In this document: in pieces, positions 1-9,547 of the stretch
How the letters are laid out: each line of letters begins with the position of its first letter
Numbering within the stretch: position 1 is the stretch's first letter
Assembly (NCBI GenBank): GCA_029246845.1
Contig: JAQWMJ010000006.1
Location: forward strand, 1-64,000
Direction of reading: 5' to 3'
Source: Thermodesulfobacteriota bacterium
Lineage (GTDB): Bacteria > Desulfobacterota_D > UBA1144
Length of the DNA: 64,000 bases
Program-made: the position numbers and the translations under genes
Notes under the pieces: model-generated
Databases searched by the model: none
The model's input: only the letters and a program-made list of their open reading frames with translations
What the model was told of the DNA's origin: nothing

Positions 1-479
1 TGATTATAAGTTTGCTCTATAGCTCTTAACTCTTTTTTATGATGTGGTCCAGCACAAAAAATAGTTTGAAAATGCTCAAATGCATCCTTACGGTAAGCCA
101 TATGAAGACTTACCAGAGAATGTTGTACGTAAACATAATGAACTTTCTTCTTAGAATATTTGAGTTGAAAAGTATTTAAATCTGGTGTTGTCATCACCAT
201 CAAGTCTGTTTCTATGTTGCGGAATAACCAATTCAGGATATGCCCTTTATTAATATTGAAAGACTTATATTGAGGATCTCCTAAAAGGAGACCAGGGTCA
301 TCTACATCAGAACTAATATAGCAAATATCCCTATCTGTGATTCTCAAAAATTCTTTTATTAGTCCTTCTAGGTGCAGCCAAGAGTCTTTGCCTTCGGAAT
401 AAAATACTACACTTTTTTGAACTTTTGGAATCTGGACAAAATTAATCAATTCACTAAGGTCACTAAAGAATGTTTTCAT
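1..479 (-). CDS. CDP-glycerol glycerophosphotransferase-family-like protein (5' part; runs off the window)
   Basis: Not in the ORF track. Manual translation from ATG at 479: MKTFFSDLSELINFVQIPKVQKSVVFYSEGKDSW...VMTTPDLNTFQLKYSKKKVHYVYVQHSLVSLHMAYRKDAFEHFQTIFCAGPHHKKELR; open to the window edge; overlaps the upstream gene's end. Confidence 0.6.
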   Translation of the reverse strand, partial: MKTFFSDLSELINFVQIPKVQKSVVFYSEGKDSWLHLEGLIKEFLRITDRDICYISSDVDDPGLLLGDPQYKSFNINKGHILNWLFRNIETDLMVMTTPDLNTFQLKYSKKKVHYVYVQHSLVSLHMAYRKDAFEHFQTIFCAGPHHKKELRAIEQTYN

Positions 480-1254
480 CTTCTAGCCTACAATATGCAT
501 CTAATTTTTTTTCTTTTGCAAGTCTTTCGTAAAGGTCAAGATCACTTATAGAATCTACCTCTAGCCAGCCACCTTTTATACACACCCCCCCGACATCCCA
601 GTTGTTATCAATTAGTAATTGTATAAAATCTGTTAAATATAAATTATTTAAATCTTTCATTTTTAAAAGTTTGTTCTTCATCAAATGATTATAAAAACTA
701 ATCAGTTCGCCCAACTTATCACCTCTAACTTTTATTAAACCAATATATTGCCCTTGTATATCATTATAACTTCTCGTCTTCGATCCTAATTCCCTTATTT
801 TACAATTACTATCTACTATGAGGCTTTCCGCATCTGATAAAGGATCATCGAATCTCAATTTCCAGTAATGAAGCCAAGCTTTGTCAATAACCACACCAAC
901 TTCAGCATTACTAGCAAGTATTTTTTTAAGGTTATCTATCTCATAAACAATATCACCATATGAAATTATCAAATCACCTTTTTTTTCAATAAATGGCAAA
1001 GCATTAAACAAACTATTAACCATATTAGTAGTTTTATAATTGGCATTGTAATAACAATTGAAACCTAGTTTCTCAATAAGCTCTCCTCGATAACCAGTGG
1101 CTATTGCAATATCAGAAATCCCGGCTTTTTTTAAAGTTGAAACTTGCCTTTCTAATAAAGTTTTATTACAGAGTTCTACTAAAATTTTAGGTAAATCATT
1201 AGTTAGTGGTCTTAATCGAGTTCCTTGACCTGCAGCTAGAATTAATGCTCTCAT
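463..1254 (-). CDS. Nucleotidyltransferase, LicC/Cj1416-like (putative phosphoglutamine cytidylyltransferase)
   Basis: ILAAGQGTRLRPLT..PK, YGDIV, GQYIGL and WLEVDS motifs; context with Cj1417/Cj1418-like genes. Confidence 0.8.
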   Translation of the reverse strand: MRALILAAGQGTRLRPLTNDLPKILVELCNKTLLERQVSTLKKAGISDIAIATGYRGELIEKLGFNCYYNANYKTTNMVNSLFNALPFIEKKGDLIISYGDIVYEIDNLKKILASNAEVGVVIDKAWLHYWKLRFDDPLSDAESLIVDSNCKIRELGSKTRSYNDIQGQYIGLIKVRGDKLGELISFYNHLMKNKLLKMKDLNNLYLTDFIQLLIDNNWDVGGVCIKGGWLEVDSISDLDLYERLAKEKKLDAYCRLEDENIL

Positions 1255-1880
1255 TATTCAAAAAAGCCTTTTATAAGGTTTAAATCGTTTTGATTAAATG
1301 GTACCTCACGCTCGGGATGCCACATTATGCCAAAAATCGGAAGCTCTTTGTGATAAAAACTTTCAATTGTTCCATCTTCAGCTAGGGCTAATGGAAACAG
1401 CGACTCTCCTAGTCCTGGTTCTTCTATGCACCATTTATGATAACTATTAACATCTCTACTTCTTTCTTTTAAATATTTATTTGTAAAATTTAATTTGTGT
1501 CTAGTCCCTACATGATTCTCAATCTTTGATATTGACCCATTAAAAAAAGTGTTAATTATTTGCATGCCTCTACAAATCCCTACTACTGGAATTTTTTTTT
1601 CTATAGCAATCCTAACTAATCTTTCTTCAAAAAGATCTCTCTCTCTAGATGAATCTTGTGCATCCTTATCAAACCTATAGATACTATTGCCTCCTGTTAA
1701 AATAATTGCAGAAATATTTATACTCTCTACGATTTCCTCAGGGGAAATTAGATTAGACAACGGATAAGGTAAGAAGCCAAGTTTGCGAACTAAATAAGCC
1801 CACCTTTGATCTAAGCAGTCACGCTTTTCATCGTAATTGCTTACATTCTCAACTCTTTGACTAATGGCTAATATCTTCAC
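1254..1880 (-). CDS. Class I glutamine amidotransferase / peptidase C26, Cj1417-like gamma-glutamyl-CDP-amidate hydrolase
   Basis: EKRDCLDQRW N-terminus, GICRGMQ nucleophile, VNSYH, MWHPER; GTG start. Confidence 0.8.
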   Translation of the reverse strand: MKILAISQRVENVSNYDEKRDCLDQRWAYLVRKLGFLPYPLSNLISPEEIVESINISAIILTGGNSIYRFDKDAQDSSRERDLFEERLVRIAIEKKIPVVGICRGMQIINTFFNGSISKIENHVGTRHKLNFTNKYLKERSRDVNSYHKWCIEEPGLGESLFPLALAEDGTIESFYHKELPIFGIMWHPEREVPFNQNDLNLIKGFFE

Positions 1881-1896
1881 AAATATAAATTGTACC

Positions 1897-4884
1897 TTAA
1901 TTGATAATAATAATATTATGATTAACGCAATCTATTTTAATTTTATTGCTTTTAGATAGCTTGTTAAACAACTTGTCTCCTACTCCAATAGCCGCAGGAA
2001 GACCTAATTCTGCTGCCCTAATCGCCATATGAGAGTTCGCTCCTCCATACTTGGTGATTAATCCCAAAATATTATGGCCAAAGACCCAATCATAACCAGG
2101 ATCTGCCTGCTCTATAAAAATAATTTTACCTTCTATGTCATCTTCAACTCTCAAACTTAAGTTTTTTAATTCACCTATTACTTTCTTATTAGTAATAAAA
2201 TTTATTTGGGCGCTATAATGTTCAAAACAATAAAAATCTTTTTTACTTTTTATTAGTGAAGGAATTTCAAACATATAGCTGAGTTTATGTTCTGCCATAC
2301 GTCTTTTTATAATTTTCTTAGCATTATTAATATTTAAATCACCAATGGCTAACCGCTTGAAGTCTTCATATTCTAAATAAACTATATGCTGACGAGTAAC
2401 TCCTACTTCTTTTCCAAAATCTATAAAACAATCTAATGCCCTACTTAAATTGTAAGTAAATTCTAGCTTTGTTTCTTCACGTGCCATTATTGCCTTCTTA
2501 ATATATTTCATTATTTCAATTGGACTTATATCTAAATCTAGATCCTTAAAAGCTGTGGAAATAAGTTTCTCCTGCTCTTTAGATAGTTCAAAAACCACAG
2601 GTTTTTTATTGATCTTGTTACTTTCAGATTTTAAATAATATTCTGGATCCTCCCAATAAGCAGGAGCTGTGGCATCATAAGTTCCAGGTCTTAAATGACC
2701 GTACTTCTTTATTATTTGATTTAAAGTAATTTCTTTTTTAAATAAAGCTACTTGGTCATCTTGCATCCGACTAGAAACCCCATCAATTGATTCCATAAAA
2801 AAATCCACTTCATCTTTCGTAAATATACCAATTTCAATGAAACTTTTAAGAAAGCTAATGGCAACAAAAGCATGCCGTGCAGCATGAGCAAATGCGAGAG
2901 TCCCACTCTTTTTACACTCTTCGATTAAAGAATAACCCATATTTAGTGGGTTCGTTTCTTCTTTGAAAATTTTGTATCGATTTTTTATTAAATTTTCCAT
3001 TGATATATGTTGATTAAAACCTACTATGGCATTTGAGGTTATGAGTTTAAGTGATTTTTCAAGCTCATGAATCTCATCCGAACTTATATTCCAAGCTCTA
3101 AATCGACTTTCTGCTTGCGCCTTAAAATTAGGCGTCCATGATGTCAAAGCTATATCAAATTCAACTTTATCATGTAACTCTGGCCTCATAGATAAATTGC
3201 CCATATAGGCCTTTACCAGCTTGGATGCTAGTTGTTTTTCAATTATAGCTGGAATAAATGACCTGAAACTAGCACTTAAATTAACATATGGTTGCCCACA
3301 AAAAGATAAAATTAATGGTTGGACTCCGAGATCTTTATAGCCAAATTCACAACGCTGCTTTGCCCAAACATCATCAGTAATTAGGAATCTATATAGGCTA
3401 AACGATAGGGGGTTTGGGCGAATTCCAATAATCTCAGCTGGATTCCAATCCGACATATTGCTAAAATATGTCGTTATCTCTGCTGGTGACTCAGATGACT
3501 CCTGATGATTGGAGAATGTTAATATAGATTCATCAAGTTTGCTTCTAAAAGAATTAGCAACACTATCATAATCTCTATGATCTACAGTAATTGGTCTAAC
3601 CTGAAAAATATAAACCAGCCCCTTGCTGTCTATAGCAAATTCAATATCTAATTTGTCAAAAGATAATAAAGATTTCAATTCATCTATCGCTTCTTGAATT
3701 GGCTCAAGCTTTGGCTCTAGATTCGCTAGCTCTTGATTCTCTTTGTCATATAAAATAATAGTTCTATCATCTTGAGATGTACCTGAGGTTATTGCTTCTA
3801 CAGAGCCTTGATTATCTTGAAAATTAAAAATATGATATGGAGCACCTGTTTCTAAATGACATGTAAAGACTACTCCGGAAAGGCTTAAATCATCGAGGAA
3901 CTCTTGAACTAGAACTTGATCGTTCTCAAATCCTTCTCCATAAGATGAAATAACTTTATCTATTTCTTTACTTATAGTGATATTTGAGGAGCTATCTACA
4001 TTTAAGATACTTCTATATTGACCAGCAAAAGAAGCAGTCCAACCATCTTCTTGAGAGGAGCTACTTCGAATAATTAATCTTTTTTTTAAAAAAAATTGTT
4101 GTATTTGTTTGACAATAGAGCTTCTATCTTGCTTCCACTTTTTTACTGTAAAGCTAATTTGATCTCCAATCTTACTTTTCTTGACCATGGGCTCTAGCCT
4201 TGATAATGTTTCAGCTTTATTGCCCAACACAAACCTTGCAACATCTTTAGGCTCGTTAAGCTCTGCCCAATTGGTACCAACATCTATGAAATCAATGCTA
4301 AACCCTTCTTTCTTCAAATATGAAAAAAGATCTAGCAAATTATCCCCAGGAACTTCGTTCTTTAATAGCTTTATTTTTTCTATAATTCTTTGGCTTAAAT
4401 GAAAAAGACCAGTAAATTCAGATTTACAGCCTTGATATTTTCCATCCGTTGGTGTGATAATCTCTGCTATTCTCAGATCTGATTTTGGACGATCTTCGAA
4501 ACGATTTTGATAATTGACATCTATTGCAACTGTAATATCTCCCTTAGCTTGGGATACCTTGTTAATAATATCAGGACGAAAAATCGTATCAGCATAAGTA
4601 AAAATAGCCGCTGTATCTTCAAAGTCAGCCTGAAAGAAAGTGTTTAAAACTGTATTAGATTTCCAATTCTTTACTATAATATAATTAATTTCTGGATACT
4701 GATTAATAATATCTTCAATATGGTAGCCACCTAAAAAATTAATCCGTTTATTGTCAATCACTTCCAAGCTATTGAGTTGCCAGTCCAGCACCTTAGTCTT
4801 TACACTAATCTCTTGAAGCACGGTAGGTTTCTCACCAGCTATTGGATAGGACGCTCCAAGAATATAAACATTAGTGGCAATCAT
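1897..4884 (-). CDS. Cj1418-like L-glutamine kinase (PPDK/PEP-utiliser fold) with an N-terminal nucleotidyltransferase-like domain
   Basis: KAETL, IIRSSSSQED, FQVRPI, MSDWNPAEIIG, YGHLRPGTYD, ADPGYDW and GGANSHMAIR (phospho-His) motifs; about 215 extra N-terminal residues. Confidence 0.8.
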   Translation of the reverse strand: MIATNVYILGASYPIAGEKPTVLQEISVKTKVLDWQLNSLEVIDNKRINFLGGYHIEDIINQYPEINYIIVKNWKSNTVLNTFFQADFEDTAAIFTYADTIFRPDIINKVSQAKGDITVAIDVNYQNRFEDRPKSDLRIAEIITPTDGKYQGCKSEFTGLFHLSQRIIEKIKLLKNEVPGDNLLDLFSYLKKEGFSIDFIDVGTNWAELNEPKDVARFVLGNKAETLSRLEPMVKKSKIGDQISFTVKKWKQDRSSIVKQIQQFFLKKRLIIRSSSSQEDGWTASFAGQYRSILNVDSSSNITISKEIDKVISSYGEGFENDQVLVQEFLDDLSLSGVVFTCHLETGAPYHIFNFQDNQGSVEAITSGTSQDDRTIILYDKENQELANLEPKLEPIQEAIDELKSLLSFDKLDIEFAIDSKGLVYIFQVRPITVDHRDYDSVANSFRSKLDESILTFSNHQESSESPAEITTYFSNMSDWNPAEIIGIRPNPLSFSLYRFLITDDVWAKQRCEFGYKDLGVQPLILSFCGQPYVNLSASFRSFIPAIIEKQLASKLVKAYMGNLSMRPELHDKVEFDIALTSWTPNFKAQAESRFRAWNISSDEIHELEKSLKLITSNAIVGFNQHISMENLIKNRYKIFKEETNPLNMGYSLIEECKKSGTLAFAHAARHAFVAISFLKSFIEIGIFTKDEVDFFMESIDGVSSRMQDDQVALFKKEITLNQIIKKYGHLRPGTYDATAPAYWEDPEYYLKSESNKINKKPVVFELSKEQEKLISTAFKDLDLDISPIEIMKYIKKAIMAREETKLEFTYNLSRALDCFIDFGKEVGVTRQHIVYLEYEDFKRLAIGDLNINNAKKIIKRRMAEHKLSYMFEIPSLIKSKKDFYCFEHYSAQINFITNKKVIGELKNLSLRVEDDIEGKIIFIEQADPGYDWVFGHNILGLITKYGGANSHMAIRAAELGLPAAIGVGDKLFNKLSKSNKIKIDCVNHNIIIIN

Positions 4885-5111
4885 TATATGTTCTTAGGAT
4901 TTTTGGGAACCTTAATAGGCTTCGGGTTTTTAGGATTAAGGCCAACTAAAGATTTAAACTTATGCCACAATGTCTTGAAAAATACTCCAATCATAACCGC
5001 CATTCCAATAATGATTGACATTACAACGCTTCCAGAAGCAGGGTCAATATATGCAAGAGCAACATTGGGAAAAAAGAGTATAAAAAGTATAAAATAAGAT
5101 AAATATTTCAT
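4884..5111 (-). CDS. Small membrane protein of AY(I/L)DPxxGS type (75 aa)
   Basis: MKYLSYFILFILFFPNVALAYIDPASGSVVMSIIIG...; start reset to ATG 5111 because the longer track ORF runs into tRNA-Asn. Confidence 0.65.
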   Translation of the reverse strand: MKYLSYFILFILFFPNVALAYIDPASGSVVMSIIIGMAVMIGVFFKTLWHKFKSLVGLNPKNPKPIKVPKNPKNI

Positions 5112-5167
5112 AAAAATAAAATAATTATCATTAAGTATACAAATTAAATATAATTTTGTACATAGTA

Positions 5168-5243
5168 TGGCTCCGGAGGAGGGATTTGAACCCCCGACAA
5201 AGTGATTAACAGTCACCTGCTCTGCCAGCTGAGCTACTCCGGA
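5168..5243 (-). tRNA. tRNA-Asn(GTT), CCA encoded
   Basis: TCCGGAGTAGCTCAGCTGGCAGAGCAGGTGACT-GTT-AATCACTTTGTCGGGGGTTCAAATCCCTCCTCCGGAGCCA cloverleaf. Confidence 0.95.
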
Positions 5244-5264
5244 ATATTAAACTATAAAACTATC

Positions 5265-5293
5265 AATTTAATGTAAATGGTCTTAACAGTCAA
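5265..5293 (-). promoter_or_regulatory. sigma70-type promoter of tRNA-Asn
   Basis: TTGACT-17 nt-TAAATT. Confidence 0.5.
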
Positions 5294-5353
5294 GCAACTT
5301 CACTAGTTATTGGCAAGATAAACCTATAAAAGTATAATGATTACTAAATATTA

Positions 5354-6244
5354 ATGAGGAAAAATAATAGTAAGCTTAAAAGTAATAACAAGAATCTGCC
5401 AGTGCCAGCAAATTCGCTGGAGAAATATCTTACAGAAATAAGTAATTATGAAATTTTGTCACGCGAAGAAGAGGTAAAGCATGCCCAGGAATATAGAGAC
5501 TCAGGTAACCGAGAATCTGCTAGAAAGCTAATAACTGCAAATCTTAAATTCGTAGTAAAGATTGCTATGGAATATAAAAATTATGGACTTAATTTAATGG
5601 ATGTTATACAAGAAGGGAATCTTGGTCTTATGCAGGCAGTTACTAAGTTTGATCCAACAAAAAGGTATAGGTTAATTTCTTATGGAGTATGGTGGATAAG
5701 AGCATATATACAGAACTTTATAATGAAGAACTGGAGTCTTGTAAAAATTGGAACAACGCAAGGGCAAAGAAAGCTATTTTATAAAATAAGATCGGCTAAA
5801 AGTTTATATAACTCTGGAGATCTTTCCTTGGAAGAATACTATTCAAAATTATCTAGTGATCTTAAAGTCTCGATTAAAGAAATAAAAGAAATGGATCAAA
5901 GAATGGGTGGAAAGGACTACTCCCTAGATGACGAAATTAAGACAGATGAAAAACAAACAAAAATCGACTTTCTGCCTTCTGGTTCGCAAAGTCAGGAAGA
6001 AATAATAATAGAAGACCAGCAAAAAAAAGAGTTAGAATCCAGCTTGAAAGAAGCTATAAAAACCCTAAACGAAAGAGAGGCTTATATAATAAATAATAGG
6101 TTATTATCTGACAAACAAGTTACCTTAGAAAAATTAGGTGACAAATTTAAGATTTCTCGTGAGCGCGTTAGGCAAATTGAAAAAACTGCGATAAAAAAAA
6201 TAAAAAAAATTCTTATTAAAAATGGGATTACAGCTGACTTTTAA
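5354..6244 (+). CDS. rpoH: RNA polymerase sigma factor, RpoH/sigma32 family
   Basis: DVIQEGNLGLM, WWIRAYI, RpoH-box-like QRKLFYKIR, ISRERVRQIE. Confidence 0.85.
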   Translation: MRKNNSKLKSNNKNLPVPANSLEKYLTEISNYEILSREEEVKHAQEYRDSGNRESARKLITANLKFVVKIAMEYKNYGLNLMDVIQEGNLGLMQAVTKFDPTKRYRLISYGVWWIRAYIQNFIMKNWSLVKIGTTQGQRKLFYKIRSAKSLYNSGDLSLEEYYSKLSSDLKVSIKEIKEMDQRMGGKDYSLDDEIKTDEKQTKIDFLPSGSQSQEEIIIEDQQKKELESSLKEAIKTLNEREAYIINNRLLSDKQVTLEKLGDKFKISRERVRQIEKTAIKKIKKILIKNGITADF

Positions 6245-8852
6245 TAAGCATTACAATCTCATCTAGACTATTAATCGTATCACAACCGAATTGAGCTAGA
6301 TTACTTTTTCCACCACCTTTTCCATTAATATTAGTAGCAACTTTACTTAAAAAAAGCTTGCAGTCGAAATTTTGTATTTGTGAACCCGCAGCACAAATTA
6401 TTATTGAACTTTCTTTATTATTTGAAGCTAAGATAGCAATCACACTTTCATTCTTCTTTAAGTCATCCCAGAGACTCTTTAACTGGGATGAAGTCATGTC
6501 TTTACCCAAATAAGAGACGATCTTAATATCATTAAATGATTCACAATCCGATAATACTTTGTCAGCCAAACTCTTTGTTGCTTTTTTTTCAAAGGAAGAA
6601 AGCTTTGATTTTAAAGAGTCATTTTCTTTCTGTATTCTTTGAATACTATTAGGTACTTTTTCAATTGGTGAATTAAGTAAGGATGAAGAGGTTATTAAAA
6701 AATCCTTAATATTGCTAATATATTTAAAACCTGATTCTCCAACATGTGCCTCGATTCTCCTAATACCAGAAGATATAGATGATTCAGATGAAATATATAG
6801 AGAACCTATTTTACCTGAGCTATCTATATGAGTTCCACCACATAACTCCATGCTAAAGTCTCCTATTCTAACTACTCTAACAAAATCGCCATACTTATCT
6901 TCGAAAAAGGCAGTTGCGCCATTTTTAATAGCTTTTTTGTACTCAACATTCTCTTGAATTAAAATTTCATTATTCATTCTAATTTTTTCATTTGATAAGT
7001 TTTCAATTTCTTTAAGAGTGCTGCTGTCAATATTTGAAAAGTGACTAAAATCAAATCTCAATCTATCGCTTTTTACCAACGAACCTGCTTGTCTAATATG
7101 AGTACCGAGTACTTCTCTTAGAGAAGAATGGAGTATGTGAGTGGCAGAATGATGCTCAGATATTTTATCTCTAAAAGTTTTATCAACTCTTGCACTAGCT
7201 TTGTCACTATTCTTAACTTCTCCTTTTTTTACTATTCCACTATGGATAAAGAATCCTTCTTTTGTTTTCTGTGTATCAAACACATCAATTATGGATGAGC
7301 ATGTTTCAATAACTCCCTTATCACCTATTTGTCCACCAGATTCTGCATAGAACGGAGAAGACTCTAATATGATTCCTATTTTTTCTTTTTCTGTAGCAGA
7401 GCTAACAATTTCATCATCTTTAATTATTGCCAAGATTTTAGTATCCAGATCAAGATCCTCATAGCCAACAAATTTTGTTACATTATTAGGATCCATAACC
7501 CTTGTTAGATCAATTGCCTCTCCTACTGGATTCTTAAATTTTGAAGCTTTCTTTGAAGAATTTTTTTGGTTAAGCATCTCTTCTTCGTACGCCTTCATGT
7601 CTAACGTATAGTCTGTTTCACTTACAATATCCTCAATCAAATCCACTGGAAAACCATAAGTATCATAAAGCTTGAACACATCTCTACCTGAGAGAATCTT
7701 TTTTTCAGAGGACATTCTCATGGCCTCTTTGAGCTGATCAAATCCTCTATCAATAGTTAATAAAAACTTTTTTTCTTCGTTTATAACAATTGAAATAATA
7801 TTATCTTTTTGACTTGCCAACTCTGGATAAAACCCCTTCATCTCCTCAACAACTAACCCAACAAGGTTGTGCAAGAAAGGATCAGAAATTCCCAACTTCT
7901 TATTGTGGCGTACGGCTCTCCTTAGTATTCTTCTAGCTACATATCCCCTGCCTTCGCTAGAGGGAATAACTCCATCTGAAATTAAAAAAGTTACAGCTCG
8001 TGCATGATCGGATAAAACTCTAATTGATATATCAGTTTCTTTATCTTTGCCATACTTAGTACCTAAGAACGTAGCAATATAATTAGTTAAATATTGGAAG
8101 AGATCAGTGTCATAATTACTTTTAACGTCTTGCATGACCGAAGCTAGTCTTTCTAGACCCATGCCAGTATCAATACTAGGACTTGGAAGGGGGACAAGTT
8201 GGCCATCCTCACTTCTATCAAATTGCATAAAAACTAAATTCCATATCTCAAGGAATCTTCCACATTCACATTCCACAGTGCAGGTCTCTGAGTTTGGACA
8301 ATTTGAACCTTCTTCACCAATGTCATACATAATCTCTGAACACGGTCCGCAAGGGCCGGTATCACCCATAGACCAGAAATTATCTTTATCGCCTAGTTTA
8401 TATATTCTCTCTTCGTTAATCTTTATTGAATTAAGCCAAATCTGTCTTGCTTCATCGTCACCGTTATGGACAGTTATGTATAGCCTATCTTTATCTATCT
8501 TCAATTCTTTTGTTAAAAACTCCCAAGCAAAAGATATTGCATCTTCTTTAAAGTAGTCTCCAAAGGAAAAATTTCCTAGCATTTCAAAAAAAGTATGGTG
8601 CCTACTCGTTCTTCCTACGTTCTCTAGATCATTATGCTTTCCACCTGCCCTCAGAGATTTTTGACAAGATGCAGCCCTAGGATATTTAAACTTCTCCTGA
8701 CCTAAAAAAACATTTTTAAATTGAACCATGCCAGCATTGGTAAATAATAAAGTTGGATCATTTTGAGGAATTAAACCAGAGCTTGCTACTAAGCCATGAC
8801 TTTTATTATTAAAAAAATCTAGAAACTTCTTTCTTATATCAGATGATTTCAT
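6228..8852 (-). CDS. alaS: Alanine--tRNA ligase
   Basis: DPTLLFTNAGMVQFK, HHTFFEMLGNFSFGDYFK, HSATH, ELCGGTH. Confidence 0.98.
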   Translation of the reverse strand: MKSSDIRKKFLDFFNNKSHGLVASSGLIPQNDPTLLFTNAGMVQFKNVFLGQEKFKYPRAASCQKSLRAGGKHNDLENVGRTSRHHTFFEMLGNFSFGDYFKEDAISFAWEFLTKELKIDKDRLYITVHNGDDEARQIWLNSIKINEERIYKLGDKDNFWSMGDTGPCGPCSEIMYDIGEEGSNCPNSETCTVECECGRFLEIWNLVFMQFDRSEDGQLVPLPSPSIDTGMGLERLASVMQDVKSNYDTDLFQYLTNYIATFLGTKYGKDKETDISIRVLSDHARAVTFLISDGVIPSSEGRGYVARRILRRAVRHNKKLGISDPFLHNLVGLVVEEMKGFYPELASQKDNIISIVINEEKKFLLTIDRGFDQLKEAMRMSSEKKILSGRDVFKLYDTYGFPVDLIEDIVSETDYTLDMKAYEEEMLNQKNSSKKASKFKNPVGEAIDLTRVMDPNNVTKFVGYEDLDLDTKILAIIKDDEIVSSATEKEKIGIILESSPFYAESGGQIGDKGVIETCSSIIDVFDTQKTKEGFFIHSGIVKKGEVKNSDKASARVDKTFRDKISEHHSATHILHSSLREVLGTHIRQAGSLVKSDRLRFDFSHFSNIDSSTLKEIENLSNEKIRMNNEILIQENVEYKKAIKNGATAFFEDKYGDFVRVVRIGDFSMELCGGTHIDSSGKIGSLYISSESSISSGIRRIEAHVGESGFKYISNIKDFLITSSSLLNSPIEKVPNSIQRIQKENDSLKSKLSSFEKKATKSLADKVLSDCESFNDIKIVSYLGKDMTSSQLKSLWDDLKKNESVIAILASNNKESSIIICAAGSQIQNFDCKLFLSKVATNINGKGGGKSNLAQFGCDTINSLDEIVMLIKSQL

Positions 8853-8909
8853 TTTAGAATATTATAATCGGATATTAAGGAGATTAAACAATAGGTAATT
8901 TAAAAAACC

Positions 8910-9167
8910 CTAGTTTAGAGGTTCTACACTAACAAAGACTTTAGACTTACCTTTCTTATTAAAAGTTACCAATCCATTTTTTAAAGCAAAAAGGGTATGA
9001 TCTCTTCCAATTCCAACGTTTTCTCCAGGATAAAACTTTGTTCCTCTTTGTCTTACTATAATTCCACCGGTATTAACCGATTGGCCACCAAAAAGTTTTA
9101 CTCCAAGCCTTCTTCCGGCGCTATCTCTTCCGTTCTTGGAACTACCTGCTGCTTTTGTTTTTGACAT
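8910..9167 (-). CDS. rpmA: 50S ribosomal protein L27
   Basis: [24 protein letters not shown]. Confidence 0.98.
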   Translation of the reverse strand: MSKTKAAGSSKNGRDSAGRRLGVKLFGGQSVNTGGIIVRQRGTKFYPGENVGIGRDHTLFALKNGLVTFNKKGKSKVFVSVEPLN

Positions 9168-9176
9168 AATTAACCT

Positions 9177-9488
9177 CTATTTGCTTATAGATAAAATTTC
9201 GACAGTCTGATAAGGCTGTCTATGACCATTTAGGGTCTTCGAGTTCTTTCTCCTTCTGAACTTAAATACTTTAAGCTTCTTTCCTTTATCGTCTGATAAC
9301 ACTTTGGCTTTAATTTTAAAAGTCTTTAATTGTGCTGCATTTACTAACACATTCTTTTCGTCGGATATGTAGAGTATCTCGTCAAACCCTATTTCAGCAC
9401 CAACTTCATGAGCTGTTTTTTCTATCTGAATTTTATCACCTTCTTTAATGAGATACTGTTTCCCACCAGTCTTTATTACGGCTTCCAT
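9177..9488 (-). CDS. rplU: 50S ribosomal protein L21
   Basis: AVIKTGGKQY, GHRQPY; ATG 9488 preceded by GGAGG. Confidence 0.97.
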   Translation of the reverse strand: MEAVIKTGGKQYLIKEGDKIQIEKTAHEVGAEIGFDEILYISDEKNVLVNAAQLKTFKIKAKVLSDDKGKKLKVFKFRRRKNSKTLNGHRQPYQTVEILSISK

Positions 9489-9547
9489 TACGTCCTCCAA
9501 AAAGTATATATTTTTACTGTTTATTGGCCATTGTCAATACTTCTAAA

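Noticed and set aside
5112..5216. N-terminal extension of the 110-aa track ORF
   Set aside because: It runs into tRNA-Asn; the ATG at 5111 gives a clean signal peptide.
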